This document shows positions 1 through 21,966 of a DNA stretch of 64,000 nucleotides, in pieces. A program made the position numbers and the translations under genes. This DNA is from the human T2T-CHM13v2.0 reference genome, Homo sapiens, in NCBI RefSeq assembly GCF_009914755.1, contig NC_060935.1; one strand, written 5' to 3'. Numbering within the stretch: the stretch's first letter is position 1; each line of letters starts with the position of its first letter. Under the pieces are notes generated by a model. The model had not been told where the DNA came from. It was given only the letters and a program-made list of their open reading frames with translations, and ran no database searches.

Positions 1-172
1 GTCCCGAGTTGGGTGGCCACTTGGGCTACTCCAGGACTTTGGGCAAGGTGGCTCTATAAGTGATTCAATCCTTGAAGGAACTGACAGTGAAGGCTATTGG
101 CCAACAGCACTCTCAACACTGGGAAAAGAAGTCACTGGAGGGAGGCCTGGGTCACACATCACAGTATCCACA
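1..172. mobile_element. Old MaLR (MLT1J/K-like) LTR remnant
   Basis: Ends in 'gaggcctgggtcacacatcacagtatccaca', resembling an MLT1-class LTR terminus; highly diverged. Confidence 0.35.
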
Positions 173-269
173 CCAAAGAAGCTTATGATTAATCACATTC
201 TGTCCTGCTATTTATCTTCCCCTTCTTCTCCCTACCTCGACACTGTTTTACCTATGTAAAATTATTTAC

Positions 270-593
270 AGATCCTCAAACACGACATGAAAGCATTTTT
301 TTTAACAACCTCCAGCATTACCATCCTGACCTACTACTTCTGTGTTCTCAACTTAGGGATCACTTTCTTCTGAATGCTTTCCAGGACAACCTGGTATTGT
401 CCAAGTTTCTTACTCTGTGCTCACTATTGGCCATTAGTCATTCTTTCTTCATGCATCTGACTACCCTTATAAATGGAACCAACTTGAAAGTATTTAATGG
501 GTCTTCTTATATCTAGCACATATGAGGTACATATAGTAAATACCAGATGCATCTTTGTTGAAAACAAACAGACAAGTAAATGAATGCATGAAT
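270..593 (+). mobile_element. L2 LINE 3' end remnant
   Basis: 'tctagcacatatgaggtacatatagtaaata...ttgttgaa...tgaatgcatgaat' resembles the L2 3' terminus. Confidence 0.5.
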
Positions 594-673
594 TTCAGAG
601 ATAGTAAATTAAAACGACAATGCAAGTACGTCAATCTAAAAATCTGAGAAACAATCGGAAAAATTAAAAGCTA

Positions 674-940
674 AATCCAATACCTCATGTTCTTACTTAT
701 AAGAAGGAACTTAATGGTGAGAACACGCGGACACATAGAGGGGAAGAACATATTCTGGGGCCTGTCAGAGGTTGGAGGTTGGGAGGAGGGGGAGGATCAG
801 GAAAAATAACTAATGTATACTAGGCTTAAGACTTGGGTGATGAAATAATCTGTATAGCAAACCCCCACGACACAAGTTTATCTATATAGCAAACCTGCAC
901 TTGTACCCCTAACTTAAAACAAAAGTTAAAAAAAGAAAAA
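674..940 (+). mobile_element. L1 3' UTR fragment (L1PA13-16-like)
   Basis: 'gagaacacgcggacacatagagggg...ggaggatcaggaaaaataactaatg...gacacaagttta...cctgcacttgtacccct' followed by A-rich tail. Confidence 0.85.
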
Positions 941-1524
941 TTATATAATTTATAGTGGCTTATGTTAAAAAATTAAAAATTGTAACGTTACCAATAACAG
1001 AAAAAAAACAGGGTTGAGACAGAAACAGAAGCTAAATTTCTCTGAATATATCTTGTTTTGATAGATTCAACTTGAACTAAATAGTTACATAATTATAAAA
1101 CAAAATACAAACTTTGCAAAACTATAAAAAACAAAATTAAAACAAATTATGAAAAGAGAAAATACCAATTTGACATAGGAGCTTTTTTCGTCATGAAATG
1201 TTCTGCATAAAGTGCCCAGGAGTGCACCTGCACTAGCAGAAGCCTGCGGGAGAGGCGCGGAGCTGTCTATGACTCACGGTTGTTTCCCTAACTGCGTTTC
1301 TTAGTGTTATCTTCTAATTTTGAGGTTTGATTTCTACTACCCCTTGGTTATTGGTCTCTTTTGTCTTCAGACTTCAAAGAAAAGAAGAAAAAACAAGAAC
1401 CTCCATGCATGTGTACACTGTTGCACAACCTATAAGCAGCAATTTTAAATCAGTATTCTTGGCAAAGCTGTTAAAATGCCTTCATTCCTGGTTCTTCAGG
1501 TATTCTAATCGTTTATTTCCTGGA

Positions 1525-1830
<306 letters not shown>

Positions 1831-1954
1831 TTTACTGGATATTTTAAATGGCATTTCATATCACTTATCTTTAAATCAAATGCTTTTACATTTTTAATCC
1901 CTTTTATCATTAAAATAGTCCAGGGTGGGATATATTGGAGTCAATATTTTTCAC

Positions 1955-2072
1955 GTAAATTACAGGAGACTCAGAGAGGCCACAGAGTTGCTTAAAGTCA
2001 CACAGTTAGGTAGAATCTGCTCCCAAACCCAGTTGTTTGAATTCTACCCTGCGTCCCCTTTATATTACCATA
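1955..2072 (-). mobile_element. MIR remnant
   Basis: 'gagactcagagaggccacagagttgcttaaagtcacacagtta' matches antisense MIR core. Confidence 0.6.
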
Positions 2073-2284
2073 GCTGAAGTAAGAATCTTACCATATTGTC
2101 TCTAATACCAACATTAGAGACATATTTATTTGGTACTTACAGGTCTTGGTGCTCTAAGAAATAAAAGACGAATATTCCTAAGAAGGGAATATGTGTCTAA
2201 TGATGTAAAAGCAGAAAAGAAGCAGCAACTATTGCCTAGTGATTTAAGGTTGCCATCTCCTTTACTTTTTCAAAAACCCCAGTA

Positions 2285-2420
2285 TACACATTCCTTTTAC
2301 AGACAAAGAAATCAAGGCTCAGAGCGGTTGAACTACTTGCTTAAGATCCACAACCAATTATGGAAAAATTATGATTGGAACTCAATTATTTCCGGCTCCA
2401 AAACCTCTTGTCTTTTTATT
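2285..2420 (-). mobile_element. MIR remnant
   Basis: 'ttttacagacaaagaaatcaaggctcagagcggttgaactacttgcttaagatccac' matches antisense MIR core. Confidence 0.75.
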
Positions 2421-3048
2421 ATACATTCATATACCCTCCAGGTTTCAGACTTTCATCCTCCTTCACACTTAGAAAATAGCATCAACAAGTTTAAATCAAA
2501 CCAAATTGCTCTGGTCCCTTGTGGGAACTGAAGTTCACGCCCCCACCTGCAATTCTGAGTGAGACTGCTAGATCCAGAGCTATGCATCATTTAAGATCAT
2601 TAGTGTAAAATCAATAGCTGCAGGAAATAATTGTAAGTATCCCCGTGACCTTGCCCCCTGTGATACTTCATCTTTGAAGGTTATTTAATTAAAGTCCAAG
2701 CAAGATGGGTTAGCTCTGGAGTGTCACGTAAAGTGGAATTGACATGACCCAACAGGATAACGGCCTTCACTACTAGCCTTGCAATGTGTGGCTCAGGAAG
2801 AGAAGGTCTCAAAATATTTGGAGCCAGAAGACCTAAGATTCTGTGAAGGATCACTGCCTTGTAGGTGATTAGATTGTCTCTGACATTATAAGACATAAGC
2901 TGTGTACCAAACGTAGGCAGTTATTTAGTAAATATCTACGGAAATGCTACTGTATGCTAAATTTTCATGCTGTAATGAAGCTGAATATAATATCAACCCT
3001 AATTAGCCTCCAGGAGATCATATTTGAATGGAGGCAAATGTCCAATAA

Positions 3049-3408
3049 CTATCTTAGTTGGTTCAGGCTGCTGTAACAAAATGCTATAGCCTAGGGGACT
3101 TACACAAAATACATTGATGTCTCACAGTTCTGGAGGCTGAAAGTTCAAAATCAGGGTGCCAGCATGATTGGGTTCTGGGAGGGTTATCTTCCAGATTGCA
3201 GATTGTTGAATTCCTCTTGTATCCTCGCATAGCAGAAAGAAGGCTCTCTGGGACCCCCTGTAAAGGGCCACACACTAATCTCATTTACGATGGGGTCGCC
3301 CTTATTACCTAATTACCTGTAAAAGACCCCACCTCCTAATACTATCATATTGGGATTAGATGTCAACATTTGAATTTTGGGAGGAAAAAAATATTTCACT
3401 TTGTAGCC
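3049..3408 (-). mobile_element. MaLR solo LTR (MLT1A/MSTD-like)
   Basis: 'tcttagttggttcaggctgctgtaacaaaat...ctcacagttctggaggctgaaagttcaaaatcagggtgccagca...ccccacctcctaatactatcatattggg'. Confidence 0.85.
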
Positions 3409-3520
3409 CAATGTCTTCTGGTGTATGATATCTGCATAGACATAATTGCAGTATATACCTTTCAACAATCTAGATTCTGTCAAATCTTGTAAACATTTTA
3501 AGAGGGGGTAAATTTGAATA

Positions 3521-3922
3521 CAATTGACCCTTGAACAACACAGGTTTGAACTTCATGGGTCCACTTCTATATGTGGATTTCCTTTTGCCTCTGCCACCCC
3601 TGAGACATCCTTTTCTTCCTCCTTTTAAGCCTACTCAACATAAAGACAACGAGGATGAATGATCTTTATAATGATTTGCTTCCACCTAATAAATAGTAAA
3701 TATATTTTCTCTTCCTTATGACTTGTTAAATATCATTTTCTTTTCTCTAGCTTACTTTATTGTAAGAATACAGTATATAGTATACATAGCATACAATATA
3801 TGTGTTAATTGACTGTTTATATTATAGGCTTCTGGTCAACAGGGGAGTTAAAATTGATCCATAGATTTTCAACTATGTGTGGGTCAGCACCCATACCCAC
3901 TGCATTGTTCAAGAGTCAACTG
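3521..3922. mobile_element. Tigger2a-like non-autonomous TcMar DNA transposon
   Basis: Terminal inverted repeats caattgacccttgaacaa / ttgttcaagagtcaactg, left TA flank, about 400 bp. Confidence 0.85.
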
Positions 3923-3938
3923 TGTTTTTGTTCCATGT

Positions 3939-4575
3939 TGATACAGGAGCTAGAAAGAAATTACTTAGGCAGTTATTGAGGGTAAAAGAGTCCTCAGTAA
4001 GACTTTCCCTGTAATAAAAAGCAGCCCCCAAATCATTTCTTTTCTAACAATGATCAGCCTGAAAAATCAAGCTGCAGACATAGATAAGCAAGCTGGACAC
4101 TTGCATAGGTAAATGCCGGCAGCTGTGCCAGTAGAAAAAGGCTACCTGGGGCCAGGCATATTCAACATGGAGGCTCCATCTTTCCTTTTCTTTGTCAAGC
4201 ACATGTGCATTAAAGAAGCAGGCAACATGGCACCAGCCAGGTGGAGAACCTATCTGCATAGTAAAAGATTAGGGTGGATTGGCCAGCTTCTTTGCGTGCA
4301 GAGTAAATGGCACACCCTGTGCAACCAATCCTTTGTGCCCTATGTAAATCAGACACCACCTCATCAAGCTCGTCTATAAAGCCCTGTGCATTTCACCACA
4401 GAATCAGAAGACCCACTCGGGAGCCCCTCTCTCTCTGCAGGAAAAAGACCTTCTCTCTTTCTTTTTCCTATTAAACCTCTGCTCTTAACCTCACTCCTTG
4501 TGTGTCCACATCCTTGATTTCCTTGGCATGAGGCAACAATCCTCATGTGTTACCCAGATGAATGATACCACTTCA
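3939..4575 (+). mobile_element. ERV1 solo LTR (MER50-like)
   Basis: TG...CA termini, perfect 4-bp TSD atgt (3935-3938, 4576-4579), TATA-like ctataaaag near 4375, attaaa near 4470. Confidence 0.85.
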
Positions 4576-4939
4576 ATGTCACCTCCCTTTGGAATTCAGA
4601 CCACAGCCTGAATTTCCACGAGAGCATCTCCAATTCCCAGACTGCTGGGGTTCACACTTCCCTTGACAATGCTTGCTTTGCTTCCAATACTTGCAGGTTA
4701 TTATCTACCCCTAAATTAATGCTGCTTCTATTTTGTAGTAATAGCACACTTAACTACTTGGCACCAAACATAAACTCAGAACTCACTTTATTTTAGGTCA
4801 CAAATCAGTAAAAACATCCATTTATTCATTATTTCAACACATATTTGTTAAGAATCGACAGTTGTAGTTCTTTTATTAGTGAATAATTATTTTATAATCA
4901 TATTAAATTATTTTTCTTACCATAATTAATTCTGATTTT

Positions 4940-5230
4940 ATCTAATTCATATAACAGACATTTTCAGTGTACACACTAAGTGCTATGTAGTATTTAAAAT
5001 GCCATGGATACAACCATAAATGAAACAGGTTATTTGCCCTGAGGAACTTACATTCCATTTGGAGAGGCAAACTAAAGAAATAAAAAGCAAACAAATCAAT
5101 AATTAAATCTACTTTTATAGTTCTATGAAAAAATACAGGTAAATTAATTGGATACACAGTGTCTGGGGTGGGTATGAATATTCTCATTGATTGGGTGACC
5201 CTGAAAGAATACTACAAGAATATGAGAGTT
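4940..5230 (-). mobile_element. L2 remnant
   Basis: 'ccctgaggaacttacattccatttggagaggcaaac' is typical of the antisense L2 3' region. Confidence 0.55.
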
Positions 5231-5376
5231 GAGATTCATATTTTACTAAAATATTTACTGAAGACATAGCAAAAACAAACTTTAACCCGGAAACTAGGTA
5301 TGGCTCTTCTCAAGTCTATAGCCCCACCCCAGCTCAAAGTGTGTACCTCTGTAATAGAGACCTGTGCTTACATTTT

Positions 5377-5835
5377 GTACTGTCAACTGGGTTCATTTAG
5401 GACTTTCATTTCCTAAAAGTCTTTTCTTGTATGACTCTGAGTTATTATTAAAGCAAACACTTACATTCTGAAGGTCTTAGATAGAATGTAAAGAATAGAT
5501 AAAATGTCTTCTCTGCCTCTTCCCTCACCAAGTCCCACTGTCTTTCCTGATTGTTGACCTTGGGTAACAACAACATCCCCAGACTATTGTACAGTTAGGA
5601 AGAAGCTTTCCAGAGATAGCTCCATGGGCTTCCCCTTGGTGATCCCACCTGGCAGTTGGATGTGCTTGATGTCTTAGACTTCCCTACAAGTTCTAATGTA
5701 TTCAACCATGTGTTTTAAGAGAAATACTCAGGGGCATTTTTAAATTGTCTTCCTACTTCTTTTCTAGACATGAGTCTTCCTATTTCTCCCACAATTCTGT
5801 ACTTTCTAACTCCTTTTAAAAATATCTTATACCAT
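5377..5835 (+). mobile_element. ERVL LTR (LTR41-like), 5' part, interrupted by L1
   Basis: Diverged similarity to LTR41-type LTR ('gatcccacctggcagttggatgtgcttg...ctcccacaattctgta'); resumes after the L1 TSD at 12117. Confidence 0.55.
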
Positions 5836-7136
5836 TCCCGGGCAAGAAGGTCGAATAGGAAGAGTTCTGGTCTGCAGCTCCCAACAAGACCAGTACAGAA
5901 GGTGGGTGATTTCCACATTTCCAACTGAGGTAGCTGGCTCATCTCATTGGGACTGGTTAGACAGTGGGTGCAGCCCAAGGAAAGAGAGCAGAAGCAGGGT
6001 GGGGTGTCACCTCACCCGGAAAGTGCAAGAGGTCAGGGAACTCCCTCCCCTAGCCAAGGGAAACCATCAGTGAGGGATGGTGCTATCCAGCCCAGATACT
6101 ACGCTTTTCCCACTGCCTTCACAACCTGCAGACCAGGAGATTCCCTCGAGTGACTATACCACCAGGGCCCTGGGTTTCAAGCACAAAACTGGGCAGCCAT
6201 TTCGGCAGACACCCAGCTACCTGCAGAGTTTTTTTTCATACCCCAGTGGCACCTGGAATACCAGCAAGACAGAACCATTCACTCCCCTGAAAAAGGGGCT
6301 GAAGCCAGGGAGGCAGTCTTGCTCAGCAGATCCCACCCCACAAAGCCCAACAAGCTAAGATCCACTGGCTTGAAATTCTTGCTGCCATCACAGCAGTCTG
6401 AAGTCAACCTGAGATGCTTGAGCTTGGTGAGGGGAGGGGTTGTTTACCATTACTGAGGCCTGAGTAGGCGGTTTTCTCTCACTGTGTAAACAAAGCTGCC
6501 AGGAAGTTTGGACTGGGCAGAGTCCACTGCAGGGCCACAAAGCCACTGTAGCCAAACTGTCTCTCTAGATTCCTCCTCTATAGGCAGGGCATCTCTGAAA
6601 GAAAGGCAGCAGCCCCAGTCAGAGGCTTATAAATAAAACTCCCACCTCCCTGGGACAGAGCACCTGGGGGAAGGGGTGGCTGTGGGTGCAGCTTCAGCAG
6701 ACTTAAACGTTCCTACCTGCCAGCTCTGAAGAGAGCAATGGATCTCCTAGCACAGTGCTCAAGCTCTGCTAAGGGACAGATTGCCTCAAGTGGGTTCCTG
6801 ACCCCTGTGCCTTCTATCAGGGGAGATACTTCCAAGCAGGGGTCAACAGACACCTCATACAGGAGAGCTCTGGCTGGCATCTGGCAGGTGCCAGAGGAAG
6901 GAACAGGCAGCAATCTTTGCTGTTCTGCAGCCTCTGCTGGTGATACCCAGGCAAACAGGGTCTGGAATGGACCTCCAGCAAACACCAGCAGACCTGCAAC
7001 AGAGGGGCCTGACTGTTAGAAGGTAAACTAACAAAGAGAAAGCAATAGCATCAACATCAACAAAAAGGATGACCACGCAAAAACCCCATCCGAAGATCAT
7101 CAACATCAAAGACCAAAGGTAGATAAATTCACAAAG

Positions 7137-8157
7137 ATGAGGAAAAACCAGCGCAAAAAGTCTGAAAATTCCCAAAACCAGAATGCCTCTTCTCCTCCAA
7201 AGGATCAGAACTCCTTGCCAGCAAGGGAACAAAACTGGATGGAGAATGAGTTTGACAAATTGACAGAAGTAGGCTTCAGAAGGTGGGTAATAACAAACTC
7301 CTCCAAGCTAAAAGAGCATGTTCTAACCCAATACAAGCAAGCTGAGAACCTTGATAAAAGGTTACAGGAACTGCTAACTAGAATAACCAGTTTAGAGAGA
7401 AACATAAATGACCTGATGGAGCTGAAAAACACAGCACGAGAACTTCATGAAGCATACACAAGTATCAATAGCCGAATCGATCAAGTAGAAGAAAGGATAT
7501 GAGAGATTGAAGATCAACTTAATGAAATAAAGCATGAAGACAAGATTAAAGAAAAAAGAATGAAAAGGAATGAACAAAGCCTTCATGAAATATGGGACTA
7601 TGTGAAAAGACCAAACCTACATTTGATTGGTGTACCTGAAAGTGATGGGGAGAATGGAACCAAGTTGGAAAACACTCTTCAGGATATTATCCAGGAGAAC
7701 TTCCCCAACCTAGTAAGACAGACCAACATTCAAATTCAGGAAATACAGAAAACGTCACAAAGATACTCCTTGAGAAGAGCAACCCCAAGACACATAATTG
7801 TCAGATTCACCAAGGTTGAAATGAAGGAAAAAATGTTAAGGGCAGCCAGAGAGAAAGGTTGGGTTACCCACAAAGGGAAGCCCATCAGACTAACAGTGGA
7901 TCTCTTGGCAGAAACCCTATAAGCCAGAAGACAGTGAAGGTTAACATTCAACATTTGTAAAAGAATTTTCACCGAGAATTTCATATCCAGCCAAACTAAG
8001 CTTCATAAGTGAAGGAGAAATAAAATCCATTACAGACAAGCAAATGCTGAGGGATTTTGTTACCACCAGGCCTGCCTTACAAGAGCTCCTGTAGGAAGCA
8101 CTAAATGTGGAAAGGAAAAACCAGTACCAGCCACTGCAAAAACATACCAAAATATGA
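7137..8157 (+). pseudogene. L1 ORF1p, disrupted
   Basis: Fragments MRKNQRKKSENS... and ...EIWDYVKRPNLHLIGVPE... separated by stops and frameshifts. Confidence 0.92.
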
Positions 8158-8220
8158 AGACCATTGACAATATGAAGAAACTGCATCAACTAATGGGCAA
8201 AATAACCAGCTAGCATCATA

Positions 8221-11857
<3,637 letters not shown>

Positions 11858-12058
11858 ACAATGAGAACACATGGACATAGGGAGGAGAACATCACACAGT
11901 GGGGCCTGTCGAGGGGGTGGAGGACACACTGAGGGACAGCATTAAGAGAAATAACTAATGTAGATGACTAGTTGATGGGTGCAGCAAACCACCATGGCAC
12001 ATGTATACCTATGTAACAAGCCTGCATGTTCTGCATATGTATCCCAGAACTTAAGGTA

Positions 12059-12106
12059 TTTTATATATATATATAAATAAATATATATATATATATATAT
12101 ATATAT
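12059..12106. repeat. (TA)n microsatellite derived from L1 tail
   Basis: TA dinucleotide run directly after the L1 3' end. Confidence 0.95.
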
Positions 12107-12116
12107 CTTATACCAT

Positions 12117-12500
12117 AACATTTACAGTACTTCTGTTTCTCTGAAGGATAATTATACTGATCCTGAAAGTGGTTCCAAAGAACATAATCTTAAGAATGGA
12201 AATCCACAGTTGGTTCTCTGATGGGCTAGAGTTAAAGACACTAATAACATGTTTGCCAGTAATAAATGGAGTGATGGTAGTTCATAGCATGCAATGGAAG
12301 AACTGTCATTTAAATTATTCACCTGTAGTTATCTGGAATCAGATGTGTATAAAAGACAAAGCTTTGTCAGACTATAAAACAATTCAGTAGAAATGAAAAG
12401 TATACAACTTATGAAGCTGGTTGATTGGTTGATTAATTTACAAGTGTGCTTATGCATATAGAAAAAAAAATGATGAACACAGGTTTAAATTCTCAGCTCA
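12117..12500 (+). mobile_element. End of ERVL LTR plus start of ERVL internal region
   Basis: 'ttctgtttctctga...actgat' LTR end, then 'aagtggttccaaagaacataatcttaagaatgg...ggttctctgatgggctagagttaaagacactaat' resembling an ERVL leader. Confidence 0.55.
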
Positions 12501-12544
12501 AGTTTTTGTTTGTTTGTTTGTTTTCAGAAGCTAGAAAGTTGTTA

Positions 12545-12800
12545 TTACTGGAAGGAGGGACTTTGGGAAGAGCAGAGTGAGAACCTCTATACGTTTTACT
12601 CTATAGAAGCAAAAAGAAAACTGGCAAAGTTGTTCAAATCAACTTTTTTAGAACTCTGGAAATTAACCAAAGAATTTCAACAATCCAAGGAGCATTTATC
12701 TAAGAAAACTGCCTAATTTCAGTAAGAAGAGTGGAGATTTGTGTCATTTTAACCTGGTTGACTCCCATGCCCCACTCTGTAACACCATGGTAAGTCTTTG
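12545..12800 (+). mobile_element. Old L1M 5'-end fragment
   Basis: 'aaaactggcaaag...aatcaacttttttagaactctggaaattaaccaaag' resembles L1MC/MD 5' ends. Confidence 0.55.
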
Positions 12801-12807
12801 AAACAGG

Positions 12808-15599
<2,792 letters not shown>

Positions 15600-15728
15600 G
15601 AGTACAAGATTTGTATACTGAAAATCACAAAACATGACTAAGGGAAATTAAGGATCTAAGTGAATTGAGAAACATACAATACTCATGTACTGGAATACTC
15701 AATATTGCTAAGATGAAAATTATTTTCT
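15600..15728 (+). mobile_element. Old L1M ORF2 fragment
   Basis: 'caagatttgtatactgaaaatcacaaaaca...ggaaattaaggatcta...ctcaatattgctaagatg' is homologous to the ORF2 KDLYxENYKTL..EIKED..NIVKM region. Confidence 0.65.
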
Positions 15729-15758
15729 ATCCCATCCCGCAGTCCTGTTGCTTCTTGA

Positions 15759-17643
<1,885 letters not shown>

Positions 17644-18977
17644 GAATTGAAGAGGAAAACAGGTCCCATGAAACCACTGTCTGTCCAGAAAAGTAGAGGG
17701 CTGACACTGTGAAGTCAGAGCACACTTCTCCTAGGTTTCTGGGTACCTAAGGAAACCAATGAGCCAAGACACTTAAGGCACTGAAGCCTTCCCTCCTCCC
17801 AGTAGTTTGTTGTTACTAGCCAAAAATAGCATAGCAAAACAAAAATAAAGGTGCCCACCTTTATTTAGCTGAATCTCCTTGTTGCCACAGAAATTACTTC
17901 ACTTTTGCCATTCTCATGCTGTCAAAGGCTATCAAATATCCCTCTCTGAATGTAGAAGGGAATAAACTAGACAGAATGTAGGACTGGACTAGCCACATTG
18001 TAGAACATAGAGTTAGCATGGTGGAAAGGGAAAGAATCCTGTTTTTAAATTTTTTTAAATTGTCTTTGAGCTGTGCAGTTAGCCTCTTAACATATGCAAT
18101 GTAGACTTCAGAAGAGCTTACCAGAATGGGAATTTGAGCACGCAAGACGGCCCAGAAAAAGAAGAAGTGATATGCAGAGAAGTTCTAGGTGAAGACAGAA
18201 AGTGGAGCCCTGAGATACTCCTATAGCTCATATTTTATGAGGAACAAGTGTTACGATTTGGGTCCTAGAATTGTAGCCTAAGAACTAGTGTCTGGAAAAC
18301 TGAGGTTTAAACTTGGGAAACATGAGGGTAAGAGGAAATAAATGTTAGGTTCCTGGACACAAGGAAAGGAAGGTGGCAGGAAGGTAATTGGGGATCCTGA
18401 TGGCGCTTTAAAACGTTCGTCATTTTTGCCTGGAAAGTAAATAAAGATGATTTTCAAACTTCCCTGCAAATGAGGTAAAGCCTGTGGCTGTTCTCTCAGA
18501 GGGGGTCCAGTGTTCCTAGGCTGAAGGTATTTACAGTAAAGGTGCATAATCAGGTGTCATAGTCATTAGCAGGTGCCCCAGAATTCTTTATACATGACTA
18601 GAATGGGGGATAGAAGTGGACTAAGATACAGGATCATGAAATGGTAAAAAAACAAAAACAGAAACAAAAAAACACAAAAAAAAACCCTACTGTTCAACAT
18701 ATGATTAAAAAAAAATGTGGATTCACCAGAAAAAAATTGATGAAACTGTATTTTAACATTGGCTGATGGCTAGTGCCTTTTACAGTGGGTTTGGCATCAT
18801 TTAAACAAAATATGTGTCAACCAGAATGGTATGTATGGATAAATATCTATTATCACTTTGGATTTTTAATTTCTAATATGTATTCCATAAGACATAATCT
18901 AAAGATTTGCAATCACCTTGTATCCATTTCATGTTATTAGATGTTGCCATAGACTTTCCTCTAGATTAAAATTGACA

Positions 18978-19224
18978 AAAGATTGCGTGAGCCCAGGAGT
19001 TTGAAACCAGCCTGGGCAATATAGTGAGACCTCCTCTCTACTAAAAATAAAAAGGTTAGCTGGGCATACTGGTGAATGCCTGTAGTCCCAGCTACTTAGG
19101 AGGCTGGAGCTGAAGGATCCCTTGAGCCCATGAGGTTGAGGCTGCAGTGAGCCATGATCATGCCACTGCATTCCAGCCTGGGTGACACAGTGAGACTCTG
19201 TCTCAAAATAAAATAAAATAAATA
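18978..19224 (+). mobile_element. 5'-truncated AluJ
   Basis: 'gagcccaggagtttgaaaccagcctgggcaa...gaggctgcagtgagccatgat' J-type; (AAAAT)n tail. Confidence 0.9.
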
Positions 19225-19444
<220 letters not shown>

Positions 19445-20984
19445 TCATCAAGTGTCTTCTCTAATGACAATGGAATAAAACTAGAAATCAATAAGAGGAA
19501 TTTTAGAAACTATACAAACACTTGGAAATTAACCAGTATGGTCCAGAATGACCAGAGGATCAATGAAGAAATTAAGAAGAAAACTTTAAAATTTATTGAA
19601 ACCAATGTTAATGGAAACACAACATACCAAAACCTATGGAATACAATGAAAAGGGTACCAAGAAAGAAGTTTATAGCTATAAGTGCCTACTTCAAACAAG
19701 AAGAAAAACTTCAAATAAACAACCTAACAATGCCTCATAAATAACTGGAAAAGTGGGAGTATAGCAAACACAAAGTTAGTAGAAAAGAAATAATAAAGAC
19801 CAGAAGAGAAATAAGTGAAATTGAAATGAAGGAAACAATACAAATGATCAAGGAATCAAAAAGCTGGTCTTTTGAAAAGATAAATAAAGCCAGACTACCT
19901 AAAAAAAGAAGCCAGAAGACCCAAATAAATAAAATCAGACATGAAATAAAACATTACAACTGATACTACATATGTACAAAGGATCATTAGAGATTATTAT
20001 GAGCACCTATATGCCAATAAGTTGGAAAATCTAGAAGGAGTGGATAAATTCCTAGACACATACAACCTACCAATATTGAATCATGAAGAAATCCAAAATC
20101 TGAAAAGACCAATAACATGTAACAAAATAGAAGCCAAAATAAAAAGTCTCCTCTCAAAGAAAAGACCAGGAACTGAAGGATTCACTGCTGAATTTTTCAA
20201 ATATTTAATGAAGAACTAATACAAATCCTACTCAAACTATTCTGAAAAACGAGGCAGAAAGAATACTTCCAAACTCATTATATCAGACAAGTCCCACCCT
20301 GATACCAAAACCAGACAAAGACACATCAAAAAAAAAAAAACTACGGTTCAATATCTGATGATTATTGATGCAAAAATCCTCAATATAATACTAGCAAGAC
20401 AAATGCAACAACACATTAAGAAGGTCATTCATCATGACCAAGTGGGATTTATCCCAGGGATGCAAGGATGGTTTGACATATGTAAATCAACCAAGGTGAT
20501 ACATCATATCAACTTAATGAAGGACAAAAACCATATGATTATTTCAATTGTTGCTGAAAAAGCATTTGATAAAATTCAATATCATTTTATTATTATAAAT
20601 TCCCCAAAAACTGGGTATAGGAGGAACATACCTTAACACAATAAAAGCCATATATGACAGATCCACAGCTAGTATCATACTGAATGGGGAAAAACTAAAA
20701 GTCTTTCTTCTAAGATCTGGAACACAATAAGGCTGCCCACTTCCACCACTGTTATTCAACATAATACTGAAAGTCCTTGCTACAGAAATCAGACAAGAGA
20801 AAAAAATAAAAGACATTCAAATTGTAAAGGAAGAGGTCAAATCATCCTTGTTTGCAGATGATATAATCTTACATTTTGAAAAACCAAAGACTCCACCAAA
20901 AAACTACTAGAACTGAACTGTTAGAACAAATTCTGTAAAGTTGCAGGATATAAAACTGACATACAAAAAGCAGTAGTATTTCTA

Positions 20985-21272
<288 letters not shown>

Positions 21273-21875
21273 TTAAATACCTAAGAATTAAATTAACCAA
21301 TGTAATGAAAAATCTCTACAATGAAAACTGTAAAACACTGATGCAAGCATTTGAAGAGGGCACAAAAATTGGAAAGATACTGCATGTTTATGGATTGGAA
21401 TAATCAATATTGTTAAAACACCCATACTACCCAAAGTTAAATCCCTATCAAAATACAAATGACATTCTTCACAGAAAAAAAAATTCTAAAAGTTATATGG
21501 AACCACAAAAGATCCAGAATAGCCAAAACTATCCTAAGCAAAAACAACAAAACTGGAGGAATCACATTACCTGACTTCTAATTATACTACAGAGCTACAG
21601 AAACCAAAACAGCATAAAAACTGGCATAAAAACAGATACACAGAGCCATGGAACAGAATAGAGAACCCAGAAACAAAACCCTAGATCTACAGTGAATTCA
21701 ATTTCAACAAAGGTGCCAAGAACATACATTGGGGAAAGGACCGTCCCTTTCAATTAATGAGGCAGGGAAAACTGGATACGCATAAGCAGAAGAATAAAAC
21801 TAGAACCCTATCTCTTGCCATATATAAAAATCAAATCAAAATGGATTAAAGACTTACATCTAAGACCTCAAACTA

Positions 21876-21966
21876 TTAAGTTGGTGCAAAAGTAATTGCG
21901 TGGGTTTTTTTTTTTTTTGCCACTAAAAGTAACTGCAAAAACTGTGATTGCTTTTACACCAACTAA
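21876..21966. mobile_element. MADE1 MITE (Hsmar1 derivative)
   Basis: ttaagttggtgcaaaagtaattgcg ... gattgcttttacaccaactaa with TA on both sides. Confidence 0.92.

Noticed and set aside
17644-18684. Possible L1 3' transduction ending at the A-rich tract 18646-18684
   Set aside because: There is no poly(A) signal just upstream of the tract and no TSD matching the L1 5' flank after it.
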